A DNA stretch of 63,977 nucleotides, filler included, from Octopus bimaculoides (Eukaryota): the NCBI RefSeq assembly GCF_001194135.2. It is 5 parts of 4 records of this genome, joined end to end, with 100 filler letters (N's around TTAATTAATTAA, not from the genome) between each part and the next. Parts side by side here need not be neighbours in the genome. Positions count along the whole stretch, not along the records: positions 29,209 to 58,606 come from NC_068983.1; positions 58,707 to 63,977 come from NC_068981.1; 3 more parts are not named here. The stretch is one strand, 5' to 3'. This document shows, piece by piece, positions 51,996 through 63,977 of this stretch. The stretch's first letter is position 1. Every line of letters begins with the position of its first letter. The translations under genes were made by a program, and so were the position numbers. The notes under the pieces are model-generated. The model was not told where the DNA came from. It did not search any database and worked only from the letters and a program-made list of their open reading frames with translations.

Positions 51996-54900
51996 ATGTA
52001 CATCAGGAGTACATTATCTAAATCATACATTTTAAAGACAGCAGAATGCCACTTAATGTATAGCTGCTCTTTTTACCAGTTCGACAGACCAAATAGATAT
52101 ATTCCGTTTGATTGATTAAACAATGTTTCTAAAGTACATATAACCTTTACAAGCATTTACTGAAAAGTACACACGTATTTTACATACATTGCTTGTCCAG
52201 AGATTGTATCCTTTAACGCAGTACTCGCCAGACATGCATTAGATCGGAGTAAATTATCGCCATGCTACACCGAAGAAACACTTGCTTTGCCAATGTTCTA
52301 ATTCACCGACTGTTTTGAACTAATTGTATNNNNNNNNNNNNNNNNNNNNNNNNNNNNNNNNNNNNNNNNNNNNNNNNNNNNNNNNNNNNNNNNNNNNNNN
52401 NNNNNNNNNNNNNNNNNNNNNNNNNNNNNNNNNNNNNNNNNNNNNNNNNNNNNNNNNNNNNNNNNNNNNNNNNNNNNNNNNNNNNNNNNNNNNNNNNNNN
52501 NNNNNNNNNNNNNNNNNNTATATATATATATATATATATTTGCTTTTTAATATATATTTCTTCTAGTCCCGCTATACTGTATCTGCAGCAACTTATCCAT
52601 AAGTGAAACGAATGAAAAGAGCTATCGATATATTGATATATAAGTGCGTGTGTGTGTGTGTAAATATATATATATACATACACCAACACGCACACACATA
52701 AATGTATATATATATAATATCTGATTCACTAATAGATGAATGTCCTATGATCTCTGAAGCGCTACACGCATGAGTGTGTTAGTGTGAGGATGTGTTTGTG
52801 TGTGCGTTTACGCGCGCATGTGTGTGCATGTGTGTGTGTGTGTGTGTGTGTCTGTGCGCTTGTGTCTCTGGAGAAATGTCCCAGTCGATATATTGTTATT
52901 TGCTTTAGAGCAAAATTTTAAATGCATACATACAGAAACATACATGCGCACCAAACACACGCACACACACACACACACACACGCGCACACACACACACAT
53001 ATATGGATATGCATATATATGTATATGTATACGTATATGTATACATATGTACATCCATATATATATAGTATGATTATGTATGTGCGCATATGTGTACGAA
53101 TGCATACATATATAAGTATGTGGTTATGTATATATATAATATACTTTTTATGAAGGCAAGGTCACAAAAAAGTGCTCCTTCCAGAGAGAGATAAATAACA
53201 TTTAATGCGCACAGTATAGAGGTTGGAGCTATTAATAGTTTCGTACTTTGGAGATGCAGATTAGGCAGGTGTTTATAACACGCCTTGTGTCCAGAAGCAA
53301 TCCTCTGGCTCTTAGGATATGGCCTCTTCAATTTACAAATTAGGTCACTAGGAAAGGAGAAATCACAAGAAGACTGAGAAGATAGATGAAAAAATTGGAA
53401 GGGTGAAAAAAATAAATCGAAAAAGGAAGGAAAAGAGAAAATTAGAGTTATGTCTGCTTTGACCGTAAATCCATAATAAGGCTAGTTATTTTAGAATGAA
53501 TCAACGGAGAGGACTGCAAAGTCTGTGATACAGCAGCTCGATTCGGAGGAGATGGTGTCCTCCAATTCGTCAAAAGAAATTTGATTTGTTTGCATTTGCG
53601 CATCAACGGTAGCAAGTATCTCCTATCAACCGCATACTTTGATAAACACGAGACATAGAAATTCCACTGTCGCTGCTCGACAATTTTCATCTACCACTGA
53701 TATCTCTGTGCAGTATATCTACGTTAAGTATGATATGCAGAATGCTATTCTGAACTAATAACGCTTCCATCGCTATTAATGAATTTTTAGATTATAATTG
53801 TATGGTGCCTGCCAATGCTTGCTATACGTATATATATTGTTTATACTAAATTCACGCATTATTAAAAATCACACGGGAGATTGGTTTGTTTTCTGATCAT
53901 AATGCATTATTGTAGTTACTGTTGCGCTTGTTGTTGCTATTGCTGCTGCTGCTGCTGCTGCTGTAGTTGTTGTTGCTGTTATTGTTATTTTCATTAATAA
54001 CAGTATCGTTATTAAAACAATTACTATCTTCACTATTAATCAAACAATAACAACAAAAGTAATAAAACTAAGAATAGTAATAATAATATTAATAAACAAT
54101 AACAACATAAATTGATAATGTTAATGATGACGAGAAGGAAGATTAGGAAGATACCAATGAAGTTGATGCTGGTGTTATTGTTATTATTAAATGTTGATGA
54201 TGATGATAATGATCATCATCATCATGAAGATTAATTACAATAACGATCAACACCTAAGAATTCTAAAAATATCACCTCTAAAAATACAAAGTATGCTACC
54301 ATTAAAAATACTCACGGTAATAATATTAATACTAATATTAGTAGTAACAAAAGCAGTAACACAAGTAGAAAAGATTATGATGCATCCGTTATAATTTTAT
54401 TGAAACGCTAATAATATTAATAATAACATCAAATATTAGTTTCATTATTAGATAATTGCTATTGCTAATTTGTTGATAATGTTTACAGCTCCAGTGATGT
54501 TGAAAATACTGGTGGTGTATAAGAGGGAGTTTTTAATTATTATTGTGATAATCTTAATAGTAATGGAAACAGAAAAGAATGAGACGACAAAATGGTGGTG
54601 GATTATGTGATTGAAGTTCTGAAGTAGGTGTAAATAAAGATGAAGGTGATAATAACAATGGTTATTTCAGACGTGTACATGAGTGGAGGTGGTGGCTACT
54701 TCATAATGGGAGTATAATTAATCAATATAGCTTAAGAAGTTATATTACATTTTATACCCGCATATTCTGATCCGATATATACTGATGATATACTTATTAC
54801 TGTATTATGAGTAATGAATGCAAAAAAGATGAAGCATGGTGCATGTTCTACTGATGCTAGTCGTAGTTCTTATTCTGTAACGGTTTAATTTGTAATGGTA

Positions 54901-55509
54901 TATGTTATACAATGTGTCCTATACGGTATGCTATACCATGTGTAATATACATTGATGAACCGGGGTGTATAATATTTGTAATAATATTGAAGTACAATCA
55001 TCTTTGGTTTATTGGCAATTCGGTGCATCCAGGACCATATTCTATAATTTATGAAGATCCAATACATTTGTGCCTGCAGGCTGCTATTTTCTCAAATTTA
55101 TTGATTAAAAGTTTTGTATTCGCAAAGAGGATTCTGGTGCTTCTTCATTAAACGCACTGTGTTTTGCTCTCTTGTTTCTTTGTAGTATAGCTTTACAGAA
55201 GACTTTCCAGTACAGTCGTATATGTATTGTTTTACTCCTTGATTAATATCAAAAACGTACACGCTACCCCTTAGAACTTGATGGTACTTAGGGAGCATTC
55301 TCATACAATATATACCAGTTAGCTGATAGTTTACAAATTCTAAGAGAAATATTTTTGAGTAGGTTTCAATAATTGCCCTAGGTTTGTTTGAGTAATTACT
55401 AATGCAGTAGGTCGATACATTATGTACAATACCACATTGCTTTAAAATATATCAGTTATGACCAGGTAACTAGAAGGAGCTTCCCTGCTCGATAGTTTTA
55501 CATAAATTA

Positions 55510-56042
55510 GACTAAGAATATCATCCGGGATTTTCCAATCATACACTGACAGAACAATCCAGGCTAATCAACCAGACATAATCAATAAAAACAGGGAAGA
55601 AAATTCCTGTGGACTAATAGCTATAAGTGTTCCCACTGATAAAAATATGTAAAGGAATTTGACAATTTAAGTAAATATAAGGACCTGGAAACTGAAATAC
55701 AAAAGATACTGAATCTTAAAGAGAGAACTGTTCCTGTTATTGTGGGCACCTTTGGTCTGATATGAAAGGGATATCAGAAACATCTAGATGATATCCCAGG
55801 AGAAAAACCATATCTTAGAGAAAACCCAAAGATTGTGCTGACAAATACTGCCCATATCCCTAGAAAACCCTATCAATTTAAATGTATGTGTTTTATTATA
55901 TGAAGATATTTCGTTACTGTCCCCTGCCACCTGTCCTCCCAATGCTTTCAATCATCCTGCAACATCTCTTATCCTTCACTAGCCCTAGGATGCTGGAAGT
56001 GTCTCGGCAAGTGATTGTAAAAAAACATGCAGATTAAAAGTA

Positions 56043-56045
<3 letters not shown>
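55510..56045 (+). mobile_element. R4/Dong-like LINE RLE end and 3' UTR
   Basis: TDRTIQAN-PDIINKNREENSC...LSKYKDLETEIQK...RTVPVIVG, followed by a (TAA)n tail. Same subfamily as 2860-3390. Confidence 0.85.
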
Positions 56046-56139
<94 letters not shown>

Positions 56140-56140
<1 letters not shown>

Positions 56141-57547
56141 CATACAAATACTTAGAAATCAATTAACTAGATACGATACAACACACACAAATGAAAGAGA
56201 AGATAAGAAAAGAAAACTACAGATAAGTTAGATTCCTATTGAAATTAGATCTCAATGTGAAACACAAAAAAAAATAGGTATTAACACTCTAACCAACCCA
56301 GTTATAAGTTACAGCTGCAATATTCTTAAATGGACTCTAAATCAACTAATCAAAATACACGGGAAAACAAGAAAAATAATGATAGGATTTAGGATGCACC
56401 ACACAAAATCTGACAAAGAAAGGTTATACATACAACGTATAGAAGGCGGTATAGGCCTTATACAGCTAGAAAACTATTACAAAATAACCACCATAGGACT
56501 ACAGAAATACCTATTTCAGAAGTAAGGAAAACTAATACAAATAGCCACAAAACACACAAAAAAATGCAAAAGCAAAAACTGTTTTCAGTCTTTAAAGAAG
56601 TTAACAAATACAAAAAAGAAGTCGTACCTAACAACTATGAAGGAAAAGAACAACAAATCCGTAAAAAAATGTGAAATCCTAACTAAAGCTAGAACAGCAA
56701 CGGATCATCATAAAACGATGGCAAAAGAAGCCCCTTCATGACAAATACTGGCTTTAAATAAGCAGAAAAGGAACAGACAAAGCAAAAATCCCAACAGTCT
56801 GAGAGGCTCAAGACTCAAAGCAGAGACTGAAGGATTTTTAATTGCAACACAGGGTCAAGGCCTTCCCACCAGAAATTACCAAAAACATGTAAAGAAAAGA
56901 AATACAAGTAACTGCAGAATATTTGGAGATGAACGAGAAACAATAAATCATATTGTCTCTGGCTACCCTGTCCTGGCTAAGAAGGAATATATTCACACAC
57001 ACGTCAGTGTTAGGACCTATACACTGGAAGCTATGCCAATACGAATTACAACAGAAAAATATGGTATAGGTACAAATGAGAAAAGGTCACAGAAAATGAG
57101 AAGGCAACCATACTCTGGGTTATGCCAATGCACACAAATAGGCCAGATATAGTTGTCAGTGGTGACGTAGAAAAAAATGTTTGCTAATCGATGTATCAAT
57201 ACCAACAGATGACAATGTTTCTCTAAAGGAAACGGAGAAAGTTTCAAAATAGAAGTAGAGTTAAATCGAATGTGGAGTCTAAAAATAGAAACAATTCTTA
57301 TCATAGTCGGCGCATTATTTATGATAAAAGAATATTCAGAGAAATGCATAACAAAGACACCAGGACTAAGAAGTATATATAACATACAGAAAATTGCACG
57401 ACTAGGCACCGCACGCATCCTATGTAAAACACTTTGAATGCAGTGAAAATAAGAGCACCACAACAAACCACAGCACGTAACTAATGCACATAGAGCTCGG
57501 TAGTGCAGTGAACACACGTGATGAACATCAATGCTACTGAATAACAC

Positions 57548-57548
<1 letters not shown>
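56140..57548 (+). mobile_element. R4/Dong-like LINE, RT end to 3' UTR, heavily degraded
   Basis: YKYL...HTQMKEKIRKE...INTLTNPVISYS...KWTLNQL...ETINHIVSGYPVLAKKEYIHTH...NRPDIVV...QKIARLGTARIL. (TAA)n on both sides. Confidence 0.85.
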
Positions 57549-57604
<56 letters not shown>

Positions 57605-57614
57605 TAATAATAAT

Positions 57615-57934
57615 GTGCATCTCTGATCATGAGCAGAAGTAGTGGGGAAGCATCATAGCCATGTGTTGAGAGGAATTCTTTGGGGTTTGAATAATCCACC
57701 TTTGGAAACATGGGTGTTTTACTCAACATCCTTAAACAAACCTTATTCAGAGGACGGCCCCATCGGCGAGGTCATGCGCTGTTTATCTTGATATGAAATC
57801 ACCATGTCGCGCACATATGGTTGTGATGCATGTGCCTGGTGTACGCTTATCAGACGGGTAGTCATGATGGGTATACTGGGCTTCGTATATTTTACCCCCG
57901 TGTCACTTTGATGGCATGCCCTGCTCTCTCACTC

Positions 57935-57935
<1 letters not shown>
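57615..57935 (+). mobile_element. Family D copy with internal deletion
   Basis: Homologous to 45020-45430, with (TAA)n on both sides. Confidence 0.65.
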
Positions 57936-57984
<49 letters not shown>

Positions 57985-57986
<2 letters not shown>

Positions 57987-58280
57987 TTTTCTACTCTAGG
58001 CAAAGGCCCAAAATTTGGTGGGATGAGCCAGTCGATTAGATTGACCTCAGTACGCAACTGGTACTTAATTTATCGACCGCGAAAGGACGAAAAGCAAAGT
58101 CGACCTCGGCGGAATTTGGACTCACAACGTGAAGACGGGCGAAATACAGCTAAGCATTTCGTCCGGCGTGCTAACGATTCTGCCAGCTCGCCAATAATCA
58201 TAACAATGTTTTCAAATATCGGCACAAAGCCGGCAATTTCTGGGATGTGGATAAGTCGATTACAGATCGGCACTTCAATC
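57985..58280 (-). mobile_element. SINE family A (one full copy plus a tail fragment)
   Basis: Family A body between (AAT)n tracts. Confidence 0.8.
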
Positions 58281-58296
58281 AATAATAATAATAATA

Positions 58297-58606
58297 GCTC
58301 CAAACAAAAGAGGGACTTGTGAAAACGAAAGCCATCCCCATTAGAAGAGGAATATTCCAGGGAGACACGCTCTCTCCACTCCTGTTCTGCCTGGCACTCA
58401 CACCTTTAACAGAATTGCTAAATAGAACTGGATGCGGTTACAAATGCTATGGAAAAACAGTCAGCCACCTTCTATATATGGATGACCTAAAATTATATGC
58501 AAAAAACGACAAAGAGCTAGAAACACTACTACAGACAGTACACGGCTTTACCAAGGAAATAGAAATGAAATTCGGATTAGAAAAATGTGCCAAAGCAACC
58601 CTGAAA
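58297..58606 (+). mobile_element. R4/Dong-like reverse transcriptase core fragment (open frame, cut by gap)
   Basis: RRGIFQGDTLSPLLFCLALTPL...SHLLYMDDLKLYAK...MKFGLEKC. Confidence 0.92.
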
Positions 58607-58869
58607 NNNNNNNNNNNNNNNNNNNNNNNNNNNNNNNNNNNNNNNNNNNNTTAATTAATTAANNNNNNNNNNNNNNNNNNNNNNNNNNNNNNNNNNNNNN
58701 NNNNNNATGTTTCAATAATGGAGTTTTTATACCTCCATACAATAAACATCCATCATCTCTTCACCAGCTGAAATGTTTATAAATGTTAAAACCATTTGAT
58801 ACTGTTTGATATTATATGTTGAAGAAGAATGTACCATACGATTGACACAATAAAAGACTAATTGTTTGT

Positions 58870-58913
<44 letters not shown>

Positions 58914-58929
58914 ATATATATATATATAT

Positions 58930-58985
<56 letters not shown>

Positions 58986-59139
58986 GTAGATAGATAAATA
59001 AACAAACAATTATATATATTATATATATGTATGTATATGTATATATATATGTGTGTGTGTGTGTGCGTGTGTGTGTGTATAAACGTCCGTTTATATGTCA
59101 AGTTACATGTGAAGACAATTTAATTTTTAGACAAAGAGT

Positions 59140-59710
59140 TGAGGCGGTGAGCTGGCAGAATCCTTAGCGCGCCGAAAAAAAATGGCTGGCGGTATTTCTT
59201 CCGACTTTACATTCTGAATTCAAATTCCGCCGAGGCCGACATTCAACCTTTCGAGGATGAAAATAAATCCTAGTTGAGCACTGAAGTCAATGTAGATGAC
59301 TTAACCCCTCCTTAGCTGGCCATGTGCCAATAGTTTCCATTAGAGTACACCTTTATCAACCATTTACAATAAGGAGATTGGCAGTGATTTCGAAGTTTCA
59401 GCGTTCAACCCTGCATTAAACGGTCTGACAAAAGGTAGCTTGTCAAAACTGCGAACTTATTGTCACTCCTCCCTTGTACATGAGTTTATTTATATTCTTT
59501 TATTCTTTTATTTGTTTCAGTCACCTGACTGCTGCCACGCTGGAGCACCACCTTTAGTCGAGCAAATCGACCCCAGAACTTATTCCTTGTAAGCCTAGTA
59601 CTTATTCTATTGGCCTGTTTTGCCAAACCGCTAAGTAAGGGAGACGTAAATATACCAGCATGGGTTGTCAAGCGATGTTGTGGGGGAGAAACACAAACAT
59701 ATACACACAT
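59140..59710. mobile_element. SINE family A (59140-59320, +) and SINE family B 3' half (59485-59710, -)
   Basis: Homology to the reference copies. Confidence 0.75.
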
Positions 59711-61212
59711 AAATAAATACATACATATATNNNNNNNNNNNNNNNNNNNNNNNNNNNNNNNNNNNNNNNNNNNNNNNNNNNNNNNNNNNNNNNNNNNNNN
59801 NNNNNNNNNNNNNNNNNNNNNNNNNNNNNNNNNNNNNNNNNNNNNNNNNNNNNNNNNNNNNNNNNNNNNNNNNNNNNNNNNNNNNNNNNNNNNNNNNNNN
59901 NNNNNNNNNNNNNNNNNNNNNNNNNNNNNNNNNNNNNNNNNNNNNNNNNNNNNNNNNNNNNNNNNNNNNNNNNNNNNNNNNNNNNNNNNNNNNNNNNNNN
60001 NNNNNNNNNNNNNNNNNNNNNNNNNNNNNNNNNNNNNNNNNNNNNNNNNNNNNNNNNNNNNNNNNNNNNNNNNNNNNNNNNNNNNNNNNNNNNNNNNNNN
60101 NNNNNNNNNNNNNNNNNNNNNNNNNNNNNNNNNNNNNNNNNNNNNNNNNNNNNNNNNNNNNNNNNNNNNNNNNNNNNNNNNNNNNNNNNNNNNNNNNNNN
60201 NNNNNNNNNNNNNNNNNNNNNNNNNNNNNNNNNNNNNNNNNNNNNNNNNNNNNNNNNNNNNNNNNNNNNNNNNNNNNNNNNNNNNNNNNNNNNNNNNNNN
60301 NNNNNNNNNNNNNNNNNNNNNNNNNNNNNNNNNNNNNNNNNNNNNNNNNNNNNNNNNNNNNNNNNNNNNNNNNNNNNNNNNNNNNNNNNNNNNNNNNNNN
60401 NNNNNNNNNNNNNNNNNNNNNNNNNNNNNNNNNNNNNNNNNNNNNNNNNNNNNNNNNNNNNNNNNNNNNNNNNNNNNNNNNNNNNNNNNNNNNNNNNNNN
60501 NNNNNNNNNNNNNNNNNNNNNNNNNNNNNNNNNNNNNNNNNNNNNNNNNNNNNNNNNNNNNNNNNNNNNNNNNNNNNNNNNNNNNNNNNNNNNNNNNNNN
60601 NNNNNNNNNNNNNNNNNNNNNNNNNNNNNNNNNNNNNNNNNNNNNNNNNNNNNNNNNNNNNNNNNNNNNNNNNNNNNNNNNNNNNNNNNNNNNNNNNNNN
60701 NNNNNNNNNNNNNNNNNNNNNNNNNCTATGTGTATATGTGTGTGTACGTGCCTGCGTGCATGCGTGTGCCTGCGTGCATGCGTGTGTGTGTGTGTATGTG
60801 TGTGTGTGTGTGTATGTGTGTGTGTGTGCGTGTGGCAAGGTGGTGGAGTGTGTGTCTAGCTGGGTGCGTGATTGATATATGGTATGTTGTTAGATGTAGA
60901 TATACCTACAACGTACTTATATTTTCGTTTCTTTCTGCATGTCTCTCCTGCCACCACCTCTGCTTAACTCTTTATCTCTCGAGCTCTCTATCCCCACTCT
61001 GTCTGATTGTCTGCTTGACTGTCTGTCTGTCTGTTTCTCTCCCGCTTTCTCTCTCTCTTTCTCTGTCTCCCCCTCTCTCTCTCTCTCTCTCTCTCTCTAC
61101 AATGTTGGGGTAGTTATTAAAGAAATTGATATTTTCTACGTAACTTAACAAGCATTGCTTCCATATAATCAGAGATAGATAGATAGATAGACAGATAGAC
61201 AGACATACAGAC

Positions 61213-61269
<57 letters not shown>

Positions 61270-61574
61270 TAATGTATGTATATAAACGTCTGTATATAAC
61301 ATGCACGTTCATAATTATGTATATATGAAAATATTTGTGCGAGCGTGCACGTATGTCGATGTACGTATGCGTGTATATATGGTACACACATATGTATGAT
61401 TATATTTCTAGCTTTGCTTTTCAAATTTCGGGTTATTAGAAAAGAACTGTTTTCTAACGCCATAACAAAGCGTTTTTATACATCATCTAGGTAGTCTTAT
61501 GCACAAGCATGGATATGCTTGCATATGTAGATCTGTAAGCTTTCGCGTATGTATGTGTACATATATATGTGTGT

Positions 61575-61620
<46 letters not shown>

Positions 61621-61623
61621 ATA

Positions 61624-62783
61624 CAAGTTGGTATCAAAAAGTTTCCGGACTAGTTCTGTAGCGCCCAAACAGGTTGCGTATGCTGTGAGAGCTAACTGTG
61701 ACCTTCGTGAGGCAGTGTGCCGAGTGACATCGCTTGTGTTAACTTCGAAAGTTGTGAAGTTTGTGTCTTTGTGATCACATGTATGCTGTAGTCTGTGATT
61801 TTGTCATGGACAGGAACAAAGAGGCAACGTGAAATTTTGTGTTAAACTTGGGAAGTCTCATACAAAGACATTAAGTATTCTTTGACAAGCTCATGGCGTC
61901 GAGGCAATGTGTCTTCCGTAATGTTTCGAGTGGCACAAGTGCTTCAAAGGCGGAAGAACGTCTCTGGAAGACGATAGCGATCTGGAAGACCAGCCACGAG
62001 CGCCACCTCCGGAAATGTGGTATTGTGCGTCAAGAATTCGTCCCCCGGGGTCATAGCGTCAATCAAGAGTTCTACTGCGATGTTTTGAAGAGTTTGAGAG
62101 AGGATATTCGGCGAAAGCAGCCGGATCTGTGGAACGCGATGAATTGGATTATTTACGACAACAATGCACCTTGTCTCCGGGATCTCATCAGTCGCGAGTT
62201 TCTCCCCTATAACAACATGGTATCGCTTCTGCATCCTCCTTGTTCGCCAGATTTAGCACCTGCGGTCTTCCATCTCTTCCCTAGGATGAAGTGCAGCTCA
62301 AAGGTCACCGTTTTAACACTATGGTTGAGATCCAGAGCGAATGGCAGAAGGCCCTCGAATCGCTTACGGAAAACGACTTCCAGGCCGGATTCCAAAAATG
62401 GCAGGAACGCTGGGATCTGTATATTCTTTTCTACTTTAGGCACAATGCCCGAAATTTTGAGGGAGGTGCGAGTCGATTAAATCGACCTCAGTACGCAACT
62501 GGTACTTAATTTATCGACCTCGAAAGGATGAAAGGCAAAGTCGACCTCGGCAAGATTTGAACTCAGAACGTAAAGACAGACGAAAATAGAGCTAAGCATT
62601 TTGCCCGGCGTACTAAAATTTCTGCCAGCTCGCTGCCTTGACCTGCTGGGCCCGTGTATTGCTGCACAAGGTGACTATTTCGAAGGAGATGATGTTAAAA
62701 CTTACGTAAATAGATTATTATTATTGTTTTGTCTTTTTTTCTGTTACGCATAGCTAATCCTAGAACATTTTGACACCACCTAG
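61624..62783 (+). mobile_element. Internally deleted mariner with both TIRs, SINE inserted
   Basis: TA|CAAGTTGGTATCAAAAAGTTTCCGGACTAG pairs imperfectly with CTAATCCTAGAACATTTTGACACCACCTAG|TA. Motifs: VKFCVKL, SLEDD...SGRP, DNNAPC, HPPCSPDLAP, LKGHRF, CIAAQGDYFEGD. Confidence 0.9.
62426..62640 (-). mobile_element. SINE family A inside the mariner
   Basis: Splits ERWD|CIAAQGDYFEG, with a degenerate TSD (gctgggatctgtatatt / gctgggcccgtgtatt). Confidence 0.85.
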
Positions 62784-62899
62784 TACCATTTTATTGCTCA
62801 TAAATTTGAACAAAAAAAACTTACAGGGATCCCCAAGGGATTTATGGACCTCATTTGAGAACTATTGCTCTAAATGCTTATGTAATATTTATATCTTGT

Positions 62900-63560
62900 A
62901 AGGCTGCGAGCTGACAGAATCGTTAGCACGCCGGGCAAAATGCTTAGCGGCATTTCGTCCATCCTTATGTTCTGAGTTCAAATTCCGCCGTGGTCGTCTT
63001 TGCTTTTCAGCCTTTCGAGTTCGATAAAATAACTAGCAGTCAAGCACTGGGATTGATGTAAACGACTATCTTCCTCCTCCAAAATTTCGGGCCTTGTGCC
63101 TATAATAGAAAGGATTGTTATTATCATCACCATCATCATCAATTATTATTGTTATAATTGCTAAGGCGACGAGCTGGCAGAATCGTTAGCACGCTGGGCA
63201 AAATGTTTAGCGGCATTTCGTTCGTCTTTACGTTCTGAGTTCAAATGTCACCGAGGTCGACTTCGACTTTCTTCCTTTCGGGAACGATAAATTATGTACC
63301 AGTAAAACACTGGGGTCGATGTAATCGACTAGTCCCCTCTCCCCAAAATTTCAGGCCTTGTGCCTTTAGTAGAAATGATTATTATTATAATTGCTAAGGC
63401 AGTGATGAGGCAGAATTGTTAGCGCATCGGACAAAATGCTTAGCAGCATTTTTTCCGGCTCTTTATATTTAGCTCAAGTCTTGCCGCGGTCGGCCTTGTG
63501 GTTCCTCAATAAAATAATGTTCCAAATGAGCACCGGAATTGAGACAATCGACTAACCCAC
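62900..63560 (+). mobile_element. Head-to-tail trio of SINE family A
   Basis: Heads at about 62901, 63164 and 63396, each preceded by (TTA)-type repeats or ttgctaaggc. Confidence 0.85.
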
Positions 63561-63977
63561 ATCCACCAAAAATGCTGGGCGTATACCAACAATTTTATGA
63601 GGAAAGATGTTTGTCAATTTGAAACCATTACTACTGCTGCTACTGCTGCTGCTACAACTGCTGCTACAACTGCTGCTGCTACAGCTGCTGCTGCTACAGC
63701 TGTTGCTGCTGTTGTTGTTGTTATTAATCTTTATCTTAACATCATAATATCATTTACGGTGTGTTCACTTCTCTACAGCTAATGGCAAATATTATTCACC
63801 AATATCTATTTCAACACAAGAGATTTCAGATTAAATCTCTTACCAAACATATTACACGTTAGACATTCCTTGTTATTTTTCAAAAAATATATATATCCTT
63901 CTTTCTTTCACTATCTATAAAAGACGTGATTGTGTTGTGTGTACATATATACATATATACATACATATACATATATA

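Noticed and set aside
53490-53660. CKVCD motif suggesting a nuclear-receptor zinc finger
   Set aside because: The second Cys pair and P-box are absent and the frame is bounded by stops.
54885-55304. Three short overlapping ORFs in unique sequence
   Set aside because: No motif or convincing splice context; lengths are compatible with chance.

Overview
This is repeat-dense, AT-rich eukaryotic DNA with about 5-6 kb of N gaps. It is most likely cephalopod (Octopus-like), judged from recalled SINE families and microsatellite load; I could not run a search to confirm. I found no prokaryotic genes, CRISPR arrays, rRNA genes or true tRNA genes. Almost every ORF in the supplied track is a microsatellite or gap artefact. 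The only host-gene sequence I can support is two exons of a cytosolic sulfotransferase (27973-28070, 29076-29108+). The rest is transposon material: R4/Dong-like RLE LINE fragments embedded in (TAA)n, Penelope-like (GIY-YIG) fragments, two mariners with both TIRs, Tc1, pogo and MULE remnants, two very abundant tRNA-derived SINE families, and several fold-back elements. The most interesting signals are: (i) a third tRNA-headed SINE carrying a minimal hammerhead ribozyme; (ii) a second hammerhead downstream of a Penelope endonuclease; (iii) a palindromic element made of two inverted LTR-like arms inside a 5-bp TSD, with its apparent monomer present as a solo LTR 39 kb away; (iv) a near-perfect 143-bp hairpin. 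Four N-flanked TTAATTAATTAA linkers mark scaffold joins, so long-range order is uncertain. Repeat boundaries are approximate unless TSDs or TIRs are quoted.
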